Shown one piece after another: positions 60,545 to 64,000 of a stretch of 64,000 bases of DNA. A model generated the notes under the pieces. That model was not told the DNA's origin, ran no database searches, and worked only from the letters and a program-made list of their open reading frames with translations. This DNA comes from an uncultured Chthonomonadaceae bacterium (GTDB taxonomy: Bacteria; Armatimonadota; Chthonomonadetes; Chthonomonadales; Chthonomonadaceae), in assembly GCA_963817895.1 (NCBI GenBank), contig CAWFQB010000004.1:288001-352000 (forward strand), read 5' to 3'. The translations under genes were made by a program, and so were the position numbers. Position 1 is the stretch's first letter; every line of letters begins with the position of its first letter.

Positions 60545-60859
60545 ATGCCGAAAAATAATATGCCTTTTCGTCAACGCCTGCGTAAAGCCTTTAGCGCTGC
60601 AAATGCCGCTATGACGCCCGCCTTCATGGTTCGCAGTATGCTCCGATCAATTACGATTGTCGGCGCTGCTTGCATAGCGATGCTGGTTACGGGTTTGGAG
60701 CCGTTTGTAGGGACATTCGTAAAAGCGCATGGCTGGTTGATACTCAAAACGTTTGCAGTCTACATCGTATTTTATCCAATCTCCTATTTAATCACGCGCT
60801 TTACGTATGCGTTTTCTCAAGGCTTATTTGGCGTTGGCTTGCCCGATGAATCCGATTAA
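60545..60859 (+). CDS. Small hypothetical membrane protein
   Basis: 104-aa ORF with two hydrophobic segments in lower-GC DNA. Confidence 0.5.
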   Translation: MPKNNMPFRQRLRKAFSAANAAMTPAFMVRSMLRSITIVGAACIAMLVTGLEPFVGTFVKAHGWLILKTFAVYIVFYPISYLITRFTYAFSQGLFGVGLPDESD

Positions 60860-60997
60860 GACAAGCCTGAAAGTAATCAGCGAAACCTTGCCCGCTTCGT
60901 CAGAGTAGTTATTGAAGAGGGCGGCATTACGAACTGACGCTATGCAGACGAGCAGTTGTCTGCGCTAACTCGCCGACGCGCCTCCTTGAACAACATC

Positions 60998-61948
60998 ATG
61001 CCCGTTGCAACTATCTCTAATTTAACCGTGCGCTATGGCGCGAAAACGGCGGTCAATGATCTCAGCGTGGAAATTCCTGAAGGCTGTGTCGGGCTGTTGG
61101 GGCCGAACGGCGCGGGCAAAACCACGCTGATTAAGACCCTGCTTGGTTTTGTGCAGCCGTCGAGCGGGAGCGGGCAGGTGCTGGGCTTCAATGTGGCGAC
61201 GCAGGGTTTGGCGCTGCGGCAGCAAATCGGCCTGATGCCTGAAATTGACTGCCATATACCGGGCATGAACGCCGTAACATTTGTGGCGTATGCGGGCGAA
61301 CTGGCCGGGATGCCCGCCAAACACGCCCTGCGCCGCGCCCACGAAGTGCTGGAATACTGCGGCCTGAACGAAGCGCGGTATCGCAATGTGGAGACGTATT
61401 CGACGGGCATGAAGCAGCGCATCAAACTGGCGCAGGCGCTTGTGCATGGGCCGAAACTGCTGTTTCTGGACGAACCCTCCAACGGGCTTGACCCGGCGGG
61501 ACGGGATGAGATGCTGGCCCTTGTGCGCGACATTTCGCATGGCAAGGGTGTCAACGTGATTGTCTCCTCTCACCTTCTGCCCGACATCGAGCGGACGTGC
61601 GACAGCCTGATTGTGATGCGCAAGGGGCAGATCGCTTCAGAAGGCACAATCGAAAGTTTACGGGAAACGCAGGGAACGCAAATTGTCGTGACCCTGCGCG
61701 AAACCTCTGCCGCGTTTGTGCAGTCCATGCAAAGGCGCGGCGCGGAAATCCTGCACGAGAGCGGCAGCCTGCTGCGTTTCGGTCTGACCCCGCCCCAAAA
61801 ACAGCAGGTCGGCGATATGGTGTTTGAAGTGTTGCCCGAAGTGGGTAAAATGGTGTTTGAAGCCGCCCGCGAGTCGGGGGCGCAGGTGCGCGGTTTTCAG
61901 CCCGCGCAAAAGTCACTGGAAGACATATTTATGGGAGCCGTGGATTGA
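60998..61948 (+). CDS. ABC transporter ATP-binding protein
   Basis: GPNGAGKT, YSTGMKQR, FLDEP, SLEDIFM. Confidence 0.93.
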   Translation: MPVATISNLTVRYGAKTAVNDLSVEIPEGCVGLLGPNGAGKTTLIKTLLGFVQPSSGSGQVLGFNVATQGLALRQQIGLMPEIDCHIPGMNAVTFVAYAGELAGMPAKHALRRAHEVLEYCGLNEARYRNVETYSTGMKQRIKLAQALVHGPKLLFLDEPSNGLDPAGRDEMLALVRDISHGKGVNVIVSSHLLPDIERTCDSLIVMRKGQIASEGTIESLRETQGTQIVVTLRETSAAFVQSMQRRGAEILHESGSLLRFGLTPPQKQQVGDMVFEVLPEVGKMVFEAARESGAQVRGFQPAQKSLEDIFMGAVD

Positions 61949-62948
61949 ACATTCCCCCCGCGCAAAACGCTTCTCTTTCTCCGGCTTCCATTGCGTTGAA
62001 CGGAGGTAATCCCGCCGCGCAGTTGGCTTCGCCCATTGCCGACCTGACGTACCGCAACTACGACGGGCCGCTGAAAACGCGGGCGGTTCGCTGGTGGATC
62101 GTGGCCGTGTCCGGGCTGCGGCAGGCGTTTCGCAAGCCCGGTTTCTGGATCAGCGTCGTCTTGTGCGCCCTGCCCTGTTTCTTCATCGCGCTGATGCTAT
62201 ATTTTCAGGGGATGGCCGGACTGATGCCGCGCGGCGCAGCCGCCAACGTTGCCGAAGAGGGGGGCATATTCGCCCGCCGTTTTTTCAGGTGATGCAGATT
62301 CAAGGGTTGTTCGTGTTTATCGTCGCTTTGAATGTCGGCGCGGGCAGCATTGCCGCAGATAATGGCGCGAACGCCCTGCTTGTCTATCTGTCCAAGCCGC
62401 TTACAAAAGGGGATTACCTGCTCGGCAAGTGGATGGCGCTGTTTCTGCTGATCTTTGGCGCGATTGCGATTCCCAACCTGCTGCTGTACGTGTTCTGCCT
62501 GCTGATGTTTTTGAAGGACGGTTTTCTCAGCAACGAACCCCTGCTGATAGGCCGCGTGTTGCTGGCCTGCGCGGTTCCGGGCGCGTTGTATGCCAGTCTG
62601 CTGGTGGGCGTGTCGGCGTGGTCGAAGTCGACGCGAGCGGCAGGCGGAATGATCGCCGCGCTGTATTTTCTGAGTCTTTTTTTATCCGCCCGATTGTTCG
62701 TCATTTTTACCCTGAAAACGCATGAGCCTACGGACGCCCAATTGCTGCTGCAAAATGCGTCGCTACAGGGAATTATCAGTGGACTGGCGCAGCACATCTA
62801 CGGGCTGGCATCGCGGCATATAGGCCGGGGCATGAATGTTGCCGCCGCCCCTTTGTGGCCCCTGCTGCTGGTGTTCGCGGTCATTGTTGCATTGGGCATC
62901 GGGGCGGCGCGGGCCAAAGTGAAGGCTGTGGAGGTAGTGCGCGGATGA
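61945..62948 (+). CDS. ABC-2 type permease (frameshift in the T-run near 62285)
   Basis: IAADNGANALLVYLSKPLTKGDYLLGK motif; multiple TM helices. Confidence 0.85.
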
Positions 62949-63865
62949 TTACCCTGCAAAACGCTTCCCGCTGGTACAAGCAGGTGCTTGGCGTCAATGA
63001 TATTACGTGCCAGATAGGGCCGGGTATTACGGCCCTGCTCGGACCCAATGGCGCGGGCAAATCCACGATGCTGAAACTGATTACGGGGCAGTTGCGGCCC
63101 ACGACGGGCAGGGTTCAGGTTTTCAACATGGCCCCGTTCGCCAACCCCGCCGTATACCGCCGATTGGGGTACTGCCCGGAAATCGAAGAGAATTATACGG
63201 AAATGACCGGGCGCGATTTTGTCACCTTGCTGGCGGCGATGGGCGGCATACCCACAAATAAGCGAACGCAGCGCGTCAGTGAAGTGATTGAAACGGTTGG
63301 CATGACAGCGAACGCGGATCGCAAAATCGGCGGCTACTCGAAGGGGATGCGGCAGCGCATCAAAGTGGCGCAGGGCATTGTCCATGATCCCGATGTGCTG
63401 ATACTGGACGAGCCGCTCAACGGGCTTGATCCGGTCGGGCGGCGCGACATGGGCGTACTCCTGCACAGTCTCGCCGCGCAGGGCAAATGTATCCTGATTT
63501 CCAGCCATATTCTGTACGAAGTGGAGCAACTCACCCGCAACATTATCTTGTTGAGCAAGGGGCGGCTGATGGCGCAGGGCGATATTTACGCCATTCGTGG
63601 CCTGATTGACCGTCACCCGCACCACATTGCCATTACGACGAACCGCGCCCGCGAACTGGGCAAGCATCTTCTGGACATGCCTTATATACTCAGCGTCCGC
63701 TTCAACGCGACGGACGCCACGCAACTCGAAATCGAAACCCATTCGCCCGATCTGTTTTACACGCAGTTTCCCGACATCGCGCTGGCAGGCGGCTACGACA
63801 TCAGCAGTTTCGACTCGCCCGACAACAATCTCGAATCTGTCTTCAAATATCTGGTGAACGGGTAA
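62945..63865 (+). CDS. ABC transporter ATP-binding protein
   Basis: GPNGAGKS, YSKGMRQR, LDEPLNGLD, NLESVFKYLV. Confidence 0.93.
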   Translation: MITLQNASRWYKQVLGVNDITCQIGPGITALLGPNGAGKSTMLKLITGQLRPTTGRVQVFNMAPFANPAVYRRLGYCPEIEENYTEMTGRDFVTLLAAMGGIPTNKRTQRVSEVIETVGMTANADRKIGGYSKGMRQRIKVAQGIVHDPDVLILDEPLNGLDPVGRRDMGVLLHSLAAQGKCILISSHILYEVEQLTRNIILLSKGRLMAQGDIYAIRGLIDRHPHHIAITTNRARELGKHLLDMPYILSVRFNATDATQLEIETHSPDLFYTQFPDIALAGGYDISSFDSPDNNLESVFKYLVNG

Positions 63866-63946
63866 AAGCCCTCAACCCCGCTTGTTTTGAATACACCTCA
63901 CCCCCGGCCCCTCTCCTTGCCGCGCAACGCGCTAGGAGAGGGGAGG
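63866..63946. repeat. REP-like hairpin(s)
   Basis: AAGCCCTCAACCCC...CCCTCTCCTTGCCGCGCAACGCGCTAGGAGAGGGG; the latter matches the reverse complement of 5157-5191 with one mismatch. Confidence 0.85.
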
Positions 63947-64000
63947 CGCGTTGATAAAGGGTTGTGGATGAAGTTCATAACTTCTTCTCCCATAACAGGA

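Noticed and set aside
61810..61865. Short duplication VGDMVFE/VGKMVFE in the ABC ATPase
   Set aside because: This is a small in-frame local duplication in a variable region with no further support for function.

Overview
GC-rich bacterial chromosomal window. Gene content (DUF1559-type prepilin, lineage-style secreted hypotheticals, GH116) suggests Armatimonadota, but this is inference only. Housekeeping and metabolic genes include hsp20-lon, prfA-prmC, cofactor-independent phosphoglycerate mutase, hisC, an RNB nuclease, an M28 peptidase, an S1/P1 nuclease and ABC transporters. Accessory content: (i) a low-GC island at about 11.4-13.3 kb with a Gly-zipper membrane protein, a PD-(D/E)xK-like protein and a truncated antitoxin-like gene; (ii) a minus-strand operon at 23.5-25.6 kb encoding a secreted 8-Cys peptide, a membrane-anchored HEAT protein, a DUF1559-type prepilin and a DsbA-like oxidoreductase, divergent from a large secreted hypothetical gene; (iii) a three-gene operon whose products share a SHOCT-like helix motif (35.2-37.9 kb); (iv) a complete IS982-family element; (v) a 14-kb surface-glycosylation locus (45.6-59.8 kb). 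Intergenic DNA is dense in small repeats: inverted arrays of tandem 7/8-mers that often supply the stop codon of the neighbouring gene (one lies inside an ABC ATPase gene, one was hit by the IS), 9-mer inverted elements, CCCTC/GGGAGA REP-like hairpins and a nested GTAG-REP inside a MITE-like element. Roughly 15-20 genes carry single-base frameshifts, most likely long-read assembly indels. No rRNA, tRNA or CRISPR array was seen.
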